From: Kiritimatiellia bacterium
Lineage (GTDB): Bacteria; Verrucomicrobiota; Kiritimatiellia; UBA8416; JADHWI01
Length of the DNA stretch: 64,000 bases
Reading direction: 5' to 3'
Assembly (NCBI GenBank): GCA_030744755.1
Contig: JASLPY010000016.1
Span: 6,959-70,958, forward strand
Below are positions 8,385 to 18,574 of the stretch, in pieces (within the stretch, counting starts at the first letter, position 1; each line of letters starts with the position of its first letter). The notes under the pieces were generated by a model. The model had not been told where the DNA came from, made no database searches, and saw only the letters and a program-made list of their open reading frames with translations. The position numbers and the translations under genes are program-made.

Positions 8385-11300
8385 ATGTATGAACCCGTCT
8401 CCAACAAGGTCGATTTTTCTGAATCCGAACAAAGCGTCCTTGAGTTCTGGAAGGAGAACGGAACGTTCCTGAAGTCAGTCGAGGCGCGTAAAGGTGCCGA
8501 CGAGTTTCTCTTCTACGACGGTCCTCCGTTTGCAACCGGCCTGCCTCACTATGGACACCTGCTGGCCGGTACTATCAAGGACATCGTTCCCCGCTACCAG
8601 ACGATGCGCGGTTACTACGTTGACCGGCGTTTTGGCTGGGACTGTCACGGTTTGCCCGTCGAGTTCGAGGTGGAACAGGACCTGGAGATCAGCGGCAAGA
8701 CACAGATCGAAGAGCTTGGGGTAGACGTCTTCAACGAACGTTGTAGGAGCATCGTTCTTCGTTATACCAGTGAATGGCGCTCCGTCGTGACGCGCATGGG
8801 CCGGTGGGTCGATTTTGACAGGGACTACAAGACGATGGATCCATCGTACATGGAGTCCATATGGTGGGTCTTCAAATCACTCTGGGACAAGGGGCTTATA
8901 TACGAAGGAAAGAAGATCCTTCCGTACTGCCCTAGGTGCTCGACTCCACTGTCCAACTTTGAAACGAACCAGGGCTACGAGGACGTGACCGATCCCGCGA
9001 TCACGATACGCTTCAAGTTGAAAAACGAGGATAACGCATACATCCTTGCCTGGACGACGACGCCGTGGACGTTACCGTCTAACATGGCCCTGGCTGTTGG
9101 TAAAGACATCGTATACGCGCGCATTGAAGATAAGGGCTCTGTCTACTACATGGCAAAAGATCGCGTGTCCGTCTACTACCGGGATGAAGACGAGTACGAC
9201 AAGATGACGGAGCTCAGAGGGGATGAACTTGTAGGTAAGACCTACGAACCGATCTTCCCGTACTTCGCTCACTGCAGCGATGAGGGGGCATTTCGTGTCC
9301 TTGCCGCAGATTTTGTTTCCACTGGGGACGGCACGGGTGTTGTGCACATAGCCCCGGGGTTTGGTGAAGACGATTACATGCTCGGGATGAAAGAAGGATT
9401 GCCTGCCGTTTGTCCTGTGGATGCCGAGGGACAGTTCACGGACGAGGTTAGCGATTACGCCGGTCGTCGCGTCAAGGAAGCCGATGCCGACATCATGAAA
9501 CGGCTTAAGGCCGAGGGTAAGCTAGTTCACCGCTCTACCATCGTTCACAGTTATCCCCACTGCTGGCGCTGTGACGAACCCCTGATCTACAGGGGTATCT
9601 CGACGTGGTTCGTAAAAGTGGAGCAGATCAAGGATCGACTTGTTGAGGCCAACAAAGAGATCAAGTGGGTGCCCGGGCACCTGAAAGACGGGAGATTCGG
9701 AAAGTGGCTCGAGGGAGCCAGGGACTGGGCCATCTCCAGAAACCGATACTGGGGTGCTCCGTTGCCTGTTTGGCGCAGTGAAGACGGGGAGGAAGTTCTC
9801 TGCGTTGGATCCATCGCGGAACTGGAGAAGTTGGGCGGTCGGGAAGTCAAGGATCTGCACAAGCACCACGTGGATAAGATCGAGATACCATCCAAAGAGG
9901 GCAGGGGAATGCTGAAGCGCGTTCCCGAGGTATTGGACTGTTGGTTCGAAAGCGGTTCCATGCCCTACGCCCAGGCGCATTACCCGTTCGAGAACAAGGA
10001 CCGCTTCGAGGCCCATTTCCCTGCTGATTTCATTGCGGAAGGCCTGGATCAGACTCGCGGCTGGTTCTATACTCTCATGGTTCTTTCCGTGGCCCTGTTC
10101 GACCGGCCTGCATTCAGAAACGTGGTTGTAAACGGCATGGTGCTGGCAGAAGACGGTCGCAAGATGAGTAAGCGGTTAAAGAACTACCCGGATGCAATGT
10201 ACATGCTGGACACCTATGGGGCGGATGCTCTCAGGCTCTACATGATAAACTCGCCAGTAGTAAGGGCGGAGGATCTGCGCTTCTCGGAAGATGGAGTGAA
10301 ACACAGCCTGCGTCACCTCCTGATTCCGCTCTGGAATGCGTACAGCTTCTTCGTAACCTATGCCAACATCGACGGGTGGTCTGCCGGCGATGGCTCGTCC
10401 GGCGTGAGCACTAACGTACTGGATCGCTGGATTCGCAGCTCGCTTGAAACACTGGTTGCAGATGTAGCCACGGCTATGGATGGCTACGATCTCCAGCGCT
10501 CGGTTCGACCGTTCGTTCGCTTTATCGAAGATCTGACGAACTGGTACATCCGCCGCAGCCGACGGCGATTCTGGAAATCACAGGATGACGATGACAAATC
10601 CCAGGCCTACCAGACTCTGCATCACGTTTTGGTTCAGCTTTCGAAGGTTGCCGCCCCGTTCCTGCCGTTTATAAGCGAAAGCATATATCGAAACCTGAGG
10701 AGCGAAGGTTCACCGGAATCCGTGCATCTCTGTGATTTCCCGATTGCTGACGGCAGTTTCAGAGATCACACCCTGGAAGAGGCAATGTCGCTTGTGATGA
10801 CCTGTGTGAGGCTCGGCCGGCAGCTTCGCTCCGAGCACAATCTCAAGGTGCGGCAGCCATTGTCGGTGCTTCATGTTGTGACACGGAATTCAGAGATAAT
10901 CGACAGTATACGTGAGCTCAAGGACATAATCGCCGATGAATTGAACGTCAAGAAAGTCGCATTCGGCGATCACGAAACCGAACTGGCTACGCTGAGCGCC
11001 AAAGCTGACTTCAGGCAACTGGGTCCGAGATTCGGGCCAAAGGTTAAGGTAGTGGCCAAGGCAATATCCGAGATTCCCTCGAACGAGTTGGAGAGAATTG
11101 TCGAGGGAGATAGCGTATCGATATCGGTTGATGGTGAAGAGGTCGAACTTGGGCCGAACGATGTAGTCATCGAACGTATCCCTCACGATGGTCTTGTTGT
11201 AGCCTGCGAGGGACAGATACTCGTCGCGATCGAAACGGCCTTGACGGATGAACTCGTAGAGGAAGGGCTTGCCAGGGAACTGGTCAACAAGGTCCAGAAC

Positions 11301-11519
11301 ATGCGCAAAGAGGCCAATCTGGATGTAACCCAGCGCATACGTGTTGACGTGTCGGGTGGCGAGGATATCAAGCGGGCCGTTGAAAGCAACATGGAATACG
11401 TCCAAACGGAGACTCTCTGCGTAGAATGCAGTTTTCCCGAATCCTCGGCAGGATCCGAATGGGAAATCAACGGACACCCATGCAGGATTGAAGTTATCCC
11501 TGTGCAGGTTGAGGCCTGA
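8385..11519 (+). CDS. ileS: isoleucine--tRNA ligase, type 2 (eukaryote-like) form
   Basis: 'PPFATGLPHYGHLLAG' (HIGH region) and 'KMSKRLKNYP' (KMSKS), plus a CP1 editing insertion, in about 1044 aa. ATG 8385 is preceded by AAGGAAG. Confidence 0.95.
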   Translation: MYEPVSNKVDFSESEQSVLEFWKENGTFLKSVEARKGADEFLFYDGPPFATGLPHYGHLLAGTIKDIVPRYQTMRGYYVDRRFGWDCHGLPVEFEVEQDLEISGKTQIEELGVDVFNERCRSIVLRYTSEWRSVVTRMGRWVDFDRDYKTMDPSYMESIWWVFKSLWDKGLIYEGKKILPYCPRCSTPLSNFETNQGYEDVTDPAITIRFKLKNEDNAYILAWTTTPWTLPSNMALAVGKDIVYARIEDKGSVYYMAKDRVSVYYRDEDEYDKMTELRGDELVGKTYEPIFPYFAHCSDEGAFRVLAADFVSTGDGTGVVHIAPGFGEDDYMLGMKEGLPAVCPVDAEGQFTDEVSDYAGRRVKEADADIMKRLKAEGKLVHRSTIVHSYPHCWRCDEPLIYRGISTWFVKVEQIKDRLVEANKEIKWVPGHLKDGRFGKWLEGARDWAISRNRYWGAPLPVWRSEDGEEVLCVGSIAELEKLGGREVKDLHKHHVDKIEIPSKEGRGMLKRVPEVLDCWFESGSMPYAQAHYPFENKDRFEAHFPADFIAEGLDQTRGWFYTLMVLSVALFDRPAFRNVVVNGMVLAEDGRKMSKRLKNYPDAMYMLDTYGADALRLYMINSPVVRAEDLRFSEDGVKHSLRHLLIPLWNAYSFFVTYANIDGWSAGDGSSGVSTNVLDRWIRSSLETLVADVATAMDGYDLQRSVRPFVRFIEDLTNWYIRRSRRRFWKSQDDDDKSQAYQTLHHVLVQLSKVAAPFLPFISESIYRNLRSEGSPESVHLCDFPIADGSFRDHTLEEAMSLVMTCVRLGRQLRSEHNLKVRQPLSVLHVVTRNSEIIDSIRELKDIIADELNVKKVAFGDHETELATLSAKADFRQLGPRFGPKVKVVAKAISEIPSNELERIVEGDSVSISVDGEEVELGPNDVVIERIPHDGLVVACEGQILVAIETALTDELVEEGLARELVNKVQNMRKEANLDVTQRIRVDVSGGEDIKRAVESNMEYVQTETLCVECSFPESSAGSEWEINGHPCRIEVIPVQVEA

Positions 11520-11547
11520 ACGTACGGCGAGCCAGATTGACAACAAA

Positions 11548-11588
11548 GAGGCGGGAAGTTTCGAAGAAACTTCCCGCCTCCCCTTTCT
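11548..11588 (+). terminator. intrinsic-terminator-like hairpin after ileS
   Basis: Perfect 15-bp stem GAGGCGGGAAGTTTC / GAAACTTCCCGCCTC (11548-11562 and 11566-11580) with a 3-nt loop, followed by CCCCTTTCT. Confidence 0.7.
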
Positions 11589-11785
11589 GATGAGATAAGG
11601 TCACTGCCTTCGGCTATCAACAGAATACCGGGCTTTCGCAATAACAGAGCGGCGGGTAACTGGGTTGCCGAGATGCGCTTTTGTCTTTTTGTGCCGTTTT
11701 TGCTATCATTTATGGAGGTTTGGTGAAGGAGTTGTCCGGATACGCGGAATGTGCAGCAAATCTTGGAACTGGAAGACGGTATATA

Positions 11786-12895
11786 ATGATAAACACGGCA
11801 TCCGCGCTGAATGCCCTTGTTGAAAGGGCGTTGTCGGAGCATCAAGTTGCCATCGATACGGAGTTTCTCTGGGAGCGCACTTACAACCCGGTTCTTGGCT
11901 TGGTACAGGTTGGATTCGACCACGACGAGTGTTTTCTTGTGGATACGCTTGCCGTTGAAGATTTGACGCCACTGGGGCGGGTAATTTCCTCACCGAAGAC
12001 CGTTAAGATCCTTCACGACGCCCAACAGGATCTCACAATCCTCAGACGCGCAACCGGGGCTTATCCACGCAACGTGTTCGACACCAGGTGTGCTGCAGGT
12101 TTTGCCGGTCTTGCTTCAACAATATCTCTGCGGGATCTGCTAAGAGATGTTCTGGGGGTGTCCCTTTCCAAATCGGAGTCCAGGACCAACTGGCTTCGAC
12201 GCCCTTTGACGGAGGCCCAGATTGCTTATGCCGTAGACGATGTTCGCTACATGGTAAAGGCATACCGGGCACTCCGCAGGCAGGCGAGGGACCTTGGATT
12301 GCACAGGTGGTTGCAGTCTGAACTGAAGAAGTACGATGATCCTTCGCTGTACGAAGACAAAGAGCCCCGCGAGCAGTTTCGGCGCATCCGCGGTGCCGCC
12401 TTTCTTGCTCCGGAGAAACTGCCGGTGTTGATGGAGTTAACGGCTTGGCGTGAAGAAGAGGCTATCAGGAGAGACTGCCCAAGGGGACACGTTCTTGCGG
12501 ATGCAACCCTCATGCGGGTTGCCGAAACACCACCACGCTCGGAAGCCGATCTCGACAATGCGGCCAAGAACGCCAACGGTGGGGTCGACTCGAACGCGAA
12601 GGTAATCCTTGACCTGGTGAACCGCGGATTATCACTGGCCGAGTCTGATAGACCTTTGATTAATAAACCGATTCGCGAGAAAGACGAGCTGAAGATCAAG
12701 GTCACCAATGCCAGGAAAGCCATAGTGAAGAAATGCACGGAACTGGGCGTTGACCCGGGTCTGGTTGCAACACGTGCAGAGGTAGCAGCCCTTATAGTGG
12801 CAGGCAAGGATGCGAAACAGGAAGACCACCGCTTGCTGAATGGATGGCGGAAGACGTTCCTTTCCTGCATTCTTCCTGATTCGAATAGAGTCTAG
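11786..12895 (+). CDS. rnd: ribonuclease D (DEDD 3'-5' exonuclease + HRDC)
   Basis: Exo motifs 'VAIDTEFLWE', 'ILHDAQQDLTIL' and 'YAVDDVRYM'. ATG 11786 ('MINTASALN') is preferred over the longer track ORF. Confidence 0.85.
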   Translation: MINTASALNALVERALSEHQVAIDTEFLWERTYNPVLGLVQVGFDHDECFLVDTLAVEDLTPLGRVISSPKTVKILHDAQQDLTILRRATGAYPRNVFDTRCAAGFAGLASTISLRDLLRDVLGVSLSKSESRTNWLRRPLTEAQIAYAVDDVRYMVKAYRALRRQARDLGLHRWLQSELKKYDDPSLYEDKEPREQFRRIRGAAFLAPEKLPVLMELTAWREEEAIRRDCPRGHVLADATLMRVAETPPRSEADLDNAAKNANGGVDSNAKVILDLVNRGLSLAESDRPLINKPIREKDELKIKVTNARKAIVKKCTELGVDPGLVATRAEVAALIVAGKDAKQEDHRLLNGWRKTFLSCILPDSNRV

Positions 12896-12971
12896 CCTGC
12901 GCAATTCACCACGAGTTCCCGAGGCCCTCCGTGGCGCTGGGACATGACGGTAGAATCTTTCCTGGTCGGTC

Positions 12972-14147
12972 TCAGATGAAGGACTTCCCCCTTGCCATTC
13001 GCTCTATCCCGAAGAACGATGACAGTGACTGTGCTATGTCGAAGAATCCTTTTCGTATTCCGAGAGGCCTGCCTGGTTGGCCGGGGCGATAGACCAGCAG
13101 GGGCACGAACTCACGGCAATGGTCTGTTCCTTTGAAAGTTGGATCGTTTCCATGGTCGGCTGTCAGGATAAGAAGATCATCCGTCCCCAGCAACGGGAGC
13201 ATTTGTGCCAGGAAGCGGTCGGTGTTCTCAAGTGCGCCTGCGTAGCCCGCGGGATCCCTGCGGTGTCCGTACAACATGTCAAAATCGATGAGGTTGGCGA
13301 AGAAGAGCCCCTGTGATGAATCACCCGCCAGTCTAAGAATGATATCGATGGCATCCTTGTTGTTCTTAACGTGATAAGATTTGTCTATCCCGCATCCCGC
13401 GAAGATATCGTCCAGTTTTCCTATAGTTGCTACGGGAATGCCGGCTTCCTTGAGCTTGTCGAGAATGGTCGGCTCTGGGAGCGGGTATGAGAAATCGCGT
13501 CGATCCCCCGTTCGCTTAAACGCCCCCGGCCGGCCGACAAAAGGCCGGGCGATCACACGCCCCACGGTGTACCTGTTGCAGATCTCCCTTGCTATCTCGC
13601 ATCCCCCGTACAGCTCTTCCAAGGGTATCACTTCTTCGTGTGCGGCGATCTGAAGAACCGAATCGGCACTTGTGTAGGCGATCCATGCGCCATCCTCGAT
13701 ATGTTGTTCGCCCAGTTCTTCGATTATAACGGTTCCGCTGGCGGCCTTGTTCCCTATTACAGGGCGGCCGGTTCGCGATTCAAACTCCTGGATCAGTTCA
13801 GGAGGAAAGGACGGTGGCCCCGGCGGAAACAGGTGAAAGCCATTCTCGAGCTCAATTCCCGCCATCTCCCAATGCCCCGTAGTGGTATCTTTGCCCCTGG
13901 ATACCTCCTGCATAGCTCCGAACGACGCTTCTGGCTGTGCAACCGCTTCGACCCCGGCTATAGCTTTGCCTTCGGGCAGAATGGGGGGGATGCATCCCAG
14001 TCCCAGGCGTTCCAGTACGGGCAGTGATATTCCTTTTACGGCTTCGGCAAGATTCGCCAGGGTGTTTGCCCCGGTGTCACCATACTCATGCGCATCCGGG
14101 GCCGCTCCGATGCCTACCGAATCCAGTACTACAAGAAATGCTCTCAT
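12972..14147 (-). CDS. deoB: phosphopentomutase
   Basis: 'MRAFLVVLDSVGIGAAPDA...GDTGANTL' at the N-terminus and 'LTADHGNDPTFKGTDH' near the C-terminus. ATG 14147 matches the canonical DeoB N-terminus. Confidence 0.9.
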   Translation of the reverse strand: MRAFLVVLDSVGIGAAPDAHEYGDTGANTLANLAEAVKGISLPVLERLGLGCIPPILPEGKAIAGVEAVAQPEASFGAMQEVSRGKDTTTGHWEMAGIELENGFHLFPPGPPSFPPELIQEFESRTGRPVIGNKAASGTVIIEELGEQHIEDGAWIAYTSADSVLQIAAHEEVIPLEELYGGCEIAREICNRYTVGRVIARPFVGRPGAFKRTGDRRDFSYPLPEPTILDKLKEAGIPVATIGKLDDIFAGCGIDKSYHVKNNKDAIDIILRLAGDSSQGLFFANLIDFDMLYGHRRDPAGYAGALENTDRFLAQMLPLLGTDDLLILTADHGNDPTFKGTDHCREFVPLLVYRPGQPGRPLGIRKGFFDIAQSLSSFFGIERMARGKSFI

Positions 14148-14335
14148 AATAGAGGCCAGACTTATCCATTTGGCGGGAAAGATCAAACACGAAAAGTCTG
14201 TTTCGAATCTTGTGGACAAGCCCTGCTTATAACGGGAAAATCGTGAAGATGAAAGAAGGCCGGTACGTGAGTGTCAATACAGGTATCTCCATGGCGAGCA
14301 GAGATCCATGACCGGCAGACGCCGAGGAACGGAAG

Positions 14336-15325
14336 ATGAAGGCTTCATATTGGAACAGGTGTGAAAGTAATGGAGCCAGGTGCGAACTCTGTCCACACCG
14401 TTGCCTGATACGTGAAGGCCGCACCGGCATCTGCCGTGTTAGACGGCTTGAAGACGGTGAGCTGACAGCCGTTGGGTACGGCCTGGCGTCATCCTTGAAT
14501 CTTGACCCGATAGAGAAGAAACCGCTCTATCATTTTCATCCCGGGAAAGACATTCTGAGTGTGGGAGGGTGGGGGTGCAACTTCAGGTGCGTCTTCTGCC
14601 AGAACTGGACTATCTCGCAGCAGGTGATGGAAAACGGTCAGCGCGTGACGCCGGAACGCCTGGTGTCGGAAGCAAAGACATGTGGTTCGATCGGTATAGC
14701 TTACACTTACAACGAACCCTTAATCGCGTTTGAATTCGTGCGAGACTGCGCCGAAGCGGCCCGGGCCGAGGGGCTGGTTAATGTATTGGTGACCAACGGG
14801 TACTTGAATCTCAAACCTGCCGCCGAGCTGTTTCCGTTGATTGACGCCGCGAACGTCGACGTGAAGAGCTTGGAGGACGTCTTTTACAGAGAGCATTGCG
14901 GTGGTTCACTTGCACCTGTTCTCGACTTTGCTGCTGCGGCCAGGGGTGCGGGATGTCATGTCGAAATCACGAACCTGGTCATCCCTGGACTTAACGACTC
15001 CGAAAGTAACTTCGCCGCATTGGCAGAGTGGGTAGTAGAAGCGCTGGGGGATACCACCCCTGTCCACTTGAGCGCTTACAGGCCCCAGTACAAGCTTGAT
15101 ACCCCTTCGACCCCTATCGCGAGTCTTGAAAAAGCTTATGAAGTGTGCTCTGCGAGGCTCAAGTACGTGTATCTTGGCAACGTATTGAGCCCAAGGGGGC
15201 AGGATACAAGGTGCCCGAAATGCGGCAACCTGCTTATCAACAGGTCCGGCTATACGATTTGTATGAAGGGAATTGATGGGGGTCTGTGTTCAGAATGCGG
15301 CAGACCGGTTGAGATTGTTCTCTAG
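14336..15325 (+). CDS. amrS: AmmeMemoRadiSam-system radical SAM enzyme (PflA-like activase fold)
   Basis: Radical-SAM cluster motif 'GCNFRCVFCQNW'. The N-terminal 'CELCPHRCLIREGRTGIC' and C-terminal 'CPKCGN...CSECG' Cys pairs are typical of this family. Confidence 0.8.
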   Translation: MKASYWNRCESNGARCELCPHRCLIREGRTGICRVRRLEDGELTAVGYGLASSLNLDPIEKKPLYHFHPGKDILSVGGWGCNFRCVFCQNWTISQQVMENGQRVTPERLVSEAKTCGSIGIAYTYNEPLIAFEFVRDCAEAARAEGLVNVLVTNGYLNLKPAAELFPLIDAANVDVKSLEDVFYREHCGGSLAPVLDFAAAARGAGCHVEITNLVIPGLNDSESNFAALAEWVVEALGDTTPVHLSAYRPQYKLDTPSTPIASLEKAYEVCSARLKYVYLGNVLSPRGQDTRCPKCGNLLINRSGYTICMKGIDGGLCSECGRPVEIVL

Positions 15326-15346
15326 CCCGCCACAGTTGAACGGCCG

Positions 15347-16975
15347 TCAGCTATCCTCGTCGAGATCCTCTTTCTCGTCGTCACCCACGGGCTTGGAAAG
15401 ATCCTCGAACCCGGATGCTTCGAGCATAGCCTGCCGCCAGTTCTGGTATGCAGCACCTGCCCGATACCTGTCGAGGGATCTCAGCAGCTGCGGGCGCAAC
15501 ATTTCCGTTGTGCCTGCAGGTGAGAGCGTTCGCGAGCTAAGGTATACGAGGAGCCTGTCGTCATCGCCCACCGGTATGGGCTCTGACATTTCGCCCTGCT
15601 CAAGGTTCATAACGCTCATGGGCAGTATCTCTGCGTGCTCACTACCTTCAGGAAGACCACCATACACCGTGAATTCAGCCGTTGTGCTCACGTTAAGCTT
15701 GAACTCCGCGGCAGCGTCGGAGAAAGACTTACCGTCCGACAGCGAGCCGGCAATACTGTTTCTCACCGTCTCTATCCTGTTCTCATAGGCTTCTTCGAGG
15801 GCGTTGGTGACTGCCAACGGCATGACTTCTTCAGATATCTCTTCGAATTCCGGCAAGTGAGAGTCCTGTCGTTTGCCGGCAGCAATGACGTACACAGAAT
15901 CTTCACCGGCGATAGCGTCGCTGAAGTACATTTCGGGATCGTTTGCATCAAGGTCAAAGGCGATCTGCCTGAAATCAGATCCTACGTTAAGACCCGGCAC
16001 ATCTTCCTCCAATGCGAAGAACTCTGTTGTGCTGACGCTCAGCCCCTTTGTTGCTTCCTCAAAGGAGGTAGCCTCGGTGTAGCGTCCCGGGGCCAGGGCC
16101 ACGGCCAGTTCGGTAGCATCTACCTTACCTTTCTCAAGTGCTGCCTCGTTCCTGAGTAGTTCAAAGATGTTTGTCTTTACCTCGGCCAGGGGAGTAGCCA
16201 CGGACTCCCCGTTCGTGTCGGTGGTGGAGTACTCCTCGATATGGTCGTTGTAGTATTCCACGACGTTGGTCTCAAGGATCTCAATACCGTCCATGTAGTT
16301 TGTGATGTCAAAGCTGACGTAAAGGACGCTTACCTTTTCAGGTACGATGAACATATTTGTGTTCGCTTCGTAGTAATCCTTTGCATCCTCGCTGGTCACT
16401 TCCACGTCCGGGGTGAATTCCTTCTTCGGGAGGAGAACGTAAGCAACTGCACGTGGATCGGAAAGAGCGTCCAGACGGTCCTGCAGTTCCATGGGTGATG
16501 TCCATACGAATGCATCTGAGACTCGCTCCAGCTTCTGCAGCATCAGTTCCTGGCGCACATATTCTTCAAAAGTGTTCAGGTTTACGCCAATCTGTCTCTG
16601 AACAATCGCGATGTACCGGTCCTTGTTGAACACGCCGTTCTCAAGGAAGGTCCTGTCGCCCTGAATTGCCTGGAGGATTTCTCCCTTCGATACCGTGATT
16701 CCGAGTTGATCTGCCGTCTTGAGGGCGGCAATTCTCTGCCAGGCGCGTTCACGAAGATAGCCGTAAGCCTCCGGCGGAAGATTGACGTTTCTCTGCAGTC
16801 CCAGTTCGAAGAACCTGGCGGCCTGGAGTTCCTCGGGTGAGACGTCTTCGCCGTATATGCGTCCTGCAGCCCTGGTTGAGGTGCTCTTCTCGCATCCGCC
16901 TTGGCTGAATGCGAACACGAAGGATACACTGATCAAAACGGCGAAGATCCCCCAAAGGAACCTGTTCCTGATCAT
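15347..16975 (-). CDS. PpiD/SurA-N-like periplasmic folding chaperone
   Basis: ATG 16975 gives an N-terminal anchor 'MIRNRFLWGIFAVLISVSFVFAF', followed by a SurA_N/PpiD-like segment ('RIYGEDVSPEELQAARFFELGL...'). The tail is acidic. Confidence 0.7.
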   Translation of the reverse strand: MIRNRFLWGIFAVLISVSFVFAFSQGGCEKSTSTRAAGRIYGEDVSPEELQAARFFELGLQRNVNLPPEAYGYLRERAWQRIAALKTADQLGITVSKGEILQAIQGDRTFLENGVFNKDRYIAIVQRQIGVNLNTFEEYVRQELMLQKLERVSDAFVWTSPMELQDRLDALSDPRAVAYVLLPKKEFTPDVEVTSEDAKDYYEANTNMFIVPEKVSVLYVSFDITNYMDGIEILETNVVEYYNDHIEEYSTTDTNGESVATPLAEVKTNIFELLRNEAALEKGKVDATELAVALAPGRYTEATSFEEATKGLSVSTTEFFALEEDVPGLNVGSDFRQIAFDLDANDPEMYFSDAIAGEDSVYVIAAGKRQDSHLPEFEEISEEVMPLAVTNALEEAYENRIETVRNSIAGSLSDGKSFSDAAAEFKLNVSTTAEFTVYGGLPEGSEHAEILPMSVMNLEQGEMSEPIPVGDDDRLLVYLSSRTLSPAGTTEMLRPQLLRSLDRYRAGAAYQNWRQAMLEASGFEDLSKPVGDDEKEDLDEDS

Positions 16976-17087
16976 CTTGTTGAATTTTGTGATGAGCACG
17001 AGATATCTCTCCTGAATAAAAACGGTGCATCCCGCCACTTACAGGACGGGATGCACAGAGCCTTGTTTAGTCTATCGGTTAAATCCG

Positions 17088-17702
17088 TTAACGTCTCCCG
17101 GTAGGGGTCTTGTCGGGAATCGTCGTTGTAGTGGTCGTAGTCGTCGTGGTCGTGGTGCTGTCTGCCCCTTCGGGACGGGTCAGGCGGTGGACAATCCTTC
17201 TGATACGCCATCCGCGAAGCCTGCCGAGGTACTTGTAGGGGTGTGCCGCAGCATCTGCTGCGACCTCCGCGGCTGCCGCCGGAGCGGCGCCCGTGGCCGC
17301 GGCCACGATACCTTCCGCGTCTTCTTCATCAGGCAGTGCCTTTGCGGCAACGGCAACGGCCGCTACCACGGTCCCAACATGATCTTCGCCTGCGGCTCCG
17401 ACCAACGCGGCGGCAACAGCTTCTGCGTTGTCATCTGCGGCGTCGATGCAAGCGGCTACGATGCCGGCGATCCTGGTTTTGAGAGCCCTTTCCGACCCTC
17501 CTGCCTCTATGGCGGCCCCCATAAGAGCAGTCGCAACGGCTGCCGCTTCTTCCGGAGTGGCGTCAGCCAGGAGATCGGCAACGGCGCTCGGATCTGTAAG
17601 GGCTGCGCTGATTTCCTCTGCGGTGGGTTCTGCGTGGAGCTGTAGACCAGTGATGATCAGCATCGCGATTAACGCTATCGATGTAAACTTGGCTACTCTC
17701 AT
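17088..17702 (-). CDS. secreted alanine-rich low-complexity protein with a C-terminal Thr12 run
   Basis: Signal peptide 'MRVAKFTSIALIAMLIITGLQLHA', a long Ala/Glu/Asp-rich helical-looking body, then 12 consecutive Thr codons (about 17121-17156) and a basic tail. Confidence 0.55.
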   Translation of the reverse strand: MRVAKFTSIALIAMLIITGLQLHAEPTAEEISAALTDPSAVADLLADATPEEAAAVATALMGAAIEAGGSERALKTRIAGIVAACIDAADDNAEAVAAALVGAAGEDHVGTVVAAVAVAAKALPDEEDAEGIVAAATGAAPAAAAEVAADAAAHPYKYLGRLRGWRIRRIVHRLTRPEGADSTTTTTTTTTTTTIPDKTPTGRR

Positions 17703-17773
17703 TACGGCTATCCTCCTAGCTTGCTTTCCTGCCGCAGGGGCGGCAGCTCATTCCGGTCAATACCGGCATTGTC

Positions 17774-18574
17774 TCAGTTACTCGCCTTAACACTATAGCT
17801 CACCGAATTTGTCAGGTTCCCGTCAGGTGTTATCACAAAAACAGTTGCGGCCCACAAATCTCCCGAACCCGCCTTCGTTCGCCACATTTTCAGCATTGAG
17901 TCGGGACTGGTCTGCACGGTCATAGGGTTCCCCAGATCGTCGAAGGCGTTCTTCACGTCGACAAGCAGCTTTCCCTTGATGTTGCGGAACCGCACGAAGC
18001 CCTTGTCTTTAGAGATGGCAATTACCGCGCGACCGTCGTCCGTGATTGCGGGGATTTCGAAAAGATGGTTGTCATAGACCTTCATCTCACCACTGGCAGT
18101 GTGAAACTCGGATAACTTAAGATCCTGATCCATCTGTACCTTTACGTCGTATTTCCCGCCGGCAACGGGTTCTGCAATCGCCGAGGCCGTTTCCACAGTT
18201 ATGCGACGGCCGTCCTGTCCGAAAGTATCCGGCAACTCTATCATTATCGATCCCTGGTCAAGCTTGACGACCTTCCAGTCTGGGTTACCCGCGTGGTCTG
18301 CAATAGTAAGAATCGCGTTTGTCGACACGGTGAACTCATGGTCTTCGGCTATGTAGAAGGTGAGTTCGGAACCCGCTGCCGTTGTTATACGCGATCCGTA
18401 TGGATAAGCCCTGGCTCGTTTTCCGTCGACTACCTTGTCTCCCTTGGGTGAGCGTATTTTGCAGGTGCCTTCAAGCTCTACGATGAAAAAGAGTGGCTCG
18501 AATGCCATGGCAATAACACCACAGCCAACGCACAACAACAATAACAGGACGAAACGCACACGCTTGTTCATCAT
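17774..18574 (-). CDS. secreted FecR-domain-like protein
   Basis: Signal/anchor 'MMNKRVRFVLLLLLCVGCGVIA'. The segment 'GDKVVDGKRARAYPYGSRITTAAGSELTFYIAEDHEFTVSTNAILTI' resembles the FecR beta-sandwich pattern. Confidence 0.55.
   Translation of the reverse strand: MMNKRVRFVLLLLLCVGCGVIAMAFEPLFFIVELEGTCKIRSPKGDKVVDGKRARAYPYGSRITTAAGSELTFYIAEDHEFTVSTNAILTIADHAGNPDWKVVKLDQGSIMIELPDTFGQDGRRITVETASAIAEPVAGGKYDVKVQMDQDLKLSEFHTASGEMKVYDNHLFEIPAITDDGRAVIAISKDKGFVRFRNIKGKLLVDVKNAFDDLGNPMTVQTSPDSMLKMWRTKAGSGDLWAATVFVITPDGNLTNSVSYSVKASN

Noticed and set aside
8385-11519. Type-2 (eukaryote-like) IleRS as a horizontally acquired mupirocin-resistance determinant
   Set aside because: It is the only ileS visible and sits in a housekeeping context with its own terminator. 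Type-2 IleRS is the native enzyme in several bacterial phyla.
10890-11923. Antisense ORFs of 218 and 246 aa overlapping the ileS 3' end and the rnd 5' region. The same applies to 30611-31465, 19846-20604 and 12247-12870.
   Set aside because: Each overlaps a strongly supported gene on the other strand, and none has a recognisable motif, signal peptide or SD.
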